Assembly (NCBI RefSeq): GCF_018350175.1
Contig: NC_058369.1
Coordinates: forward strand, 1,242,001 to 1,306,000
Origin: Felis catus
Taxonomy: Eukaryota
Reading direction: 5' to 3'
DNA: 64,000 nucleotides
Shown here piece after piece: positions 63,231 through 64,000 of the stretch. Position 1 is the stretch's first letter. Each line of letters begins with the position of its first letter. The notes below the pieces were generated by a model. It saw nothing but the letters and a program-made list of their open reading frames with translations. It had not been told where the DNA came from and searched no databases. Made by a program: the position numbers and the translations under genes.

Positions 63231-64000
63231 CTCCCAATGGACGGACGGGAATTCTGGGGGGACACGCTGCCCCACGGGGCCTGCCTAAGAGGCCCGGATG
63301 AGCCCGTCTGGGTCCTGTCTGTCCACGCTGGGACCAGGATGGGCGCCCACTGGCTTCTGGGGACGCGGCCCTGCCCAGGGCGGTGAGGGCCCCATCTCCC
63401 CCTACTCTTCCAGCCTCTCTCTGTGCTCCGTGTCCTGTTACCTGGGACAGGACACGCCCCACGTCAGGGAGTGGGAGAGAGCGCAATGGAGCACGTGAGG
63501 CCGGGCGCTCAGGCGGGACACAGTCACCATGCTGTGCCTGGCACTGCCCATCACCCCACACTGTCCCGGGAGCGAAGGCCGGGCTGCGATGGGGGAGGCC
63601 GGGTGCCAGAGTGGCAGGCGGGGCCGGGGTCTTGGGAGTTCACCAGACAGAAGGCGCAGAAGGGGAAGCGCGGGGAGAGGCGGAAGTGCCAGGCCCCGCC
63701 CTGCGGCCCCGCCCTGCGGCCCCGCCCTCCGTATCCCTCCTCCATTTGCTGCCTACAACTAGTAACCGCTTGCGACTTCACCGCAAATGCCCACCCCCGC
63801 CAGCTTCTCCTTTCCTTAAACTGTGGGGGGAGGGGGGGCTCATTCCTCTGACTCCACCCTCAAGACCCAGCACGTGGCTCTAGGAAAGTACCACAGCCTC
63901 AGGGCTCCTAACAGCCCAACCGTGGTATCAGAAAGTTCTAGAGGCTCCAGGTCCGAGACGGCCCTCCTGGGAGTCCTCGCCTTTCCCGGCTTCCAGGGCG

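Noticed and set aside
63931..63948. Second HSE-like motif (others at ~50442 and ~13695)
   Set aside because: Only two perfect nGAAn units each; expected by chance.

Overview
Mammalian, very GC-rich genomic DNA from a felid (felid-type Can-SINEs and a carnivore L1), syntenic with human 19p13.3. Three protein-coding genes lie on the minus strand: BTBD2 (coding exon 1 plus CpG-island promoter; the rest of the gene is left of the window), the complete MKNK2 gene (14 exons traced by GT-AG boundaries, 1389-nt CDS, 462 aa MNK2a) and the three coding exons of MOB3A (217 aa). The remainder is intron and intergenic DNA rich in Can-SINEs, L1 fragments, MLT1/MER34 LTRs and MER20/58/53/91 DNA transposons; nearly all ORFs in the supplied track are GC-content artefacts. 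There is no prokaryote-style novel system. Most notable observations: (i) four dispersed ancient L1 3'-end copies sharing identical GC-shifted sequence (47 nt perfect identity between copies about 35 kb apart), suggesting concerted evolution or a GC-rich derivative repeat; (ii) a retained MNK2b-type alternative acceptor in the MKNK2 3'UTR with a frameshifted tail; (iii) an NF-Y/RFX promoter-like cluster inside MKNK2 intron 10; (iv) a perfect five-unit heat-shock element between BTBD2 and MKNK2; (v) a candidate unannotated spliced transcript with an NRF1 promoter at 13.3-14.5 kb. Repeat-family names and human comparisons come from recall of consensus sequences, not from a database search; repeat boundaries are approximate unless a target-site duplication (TSD) is given.
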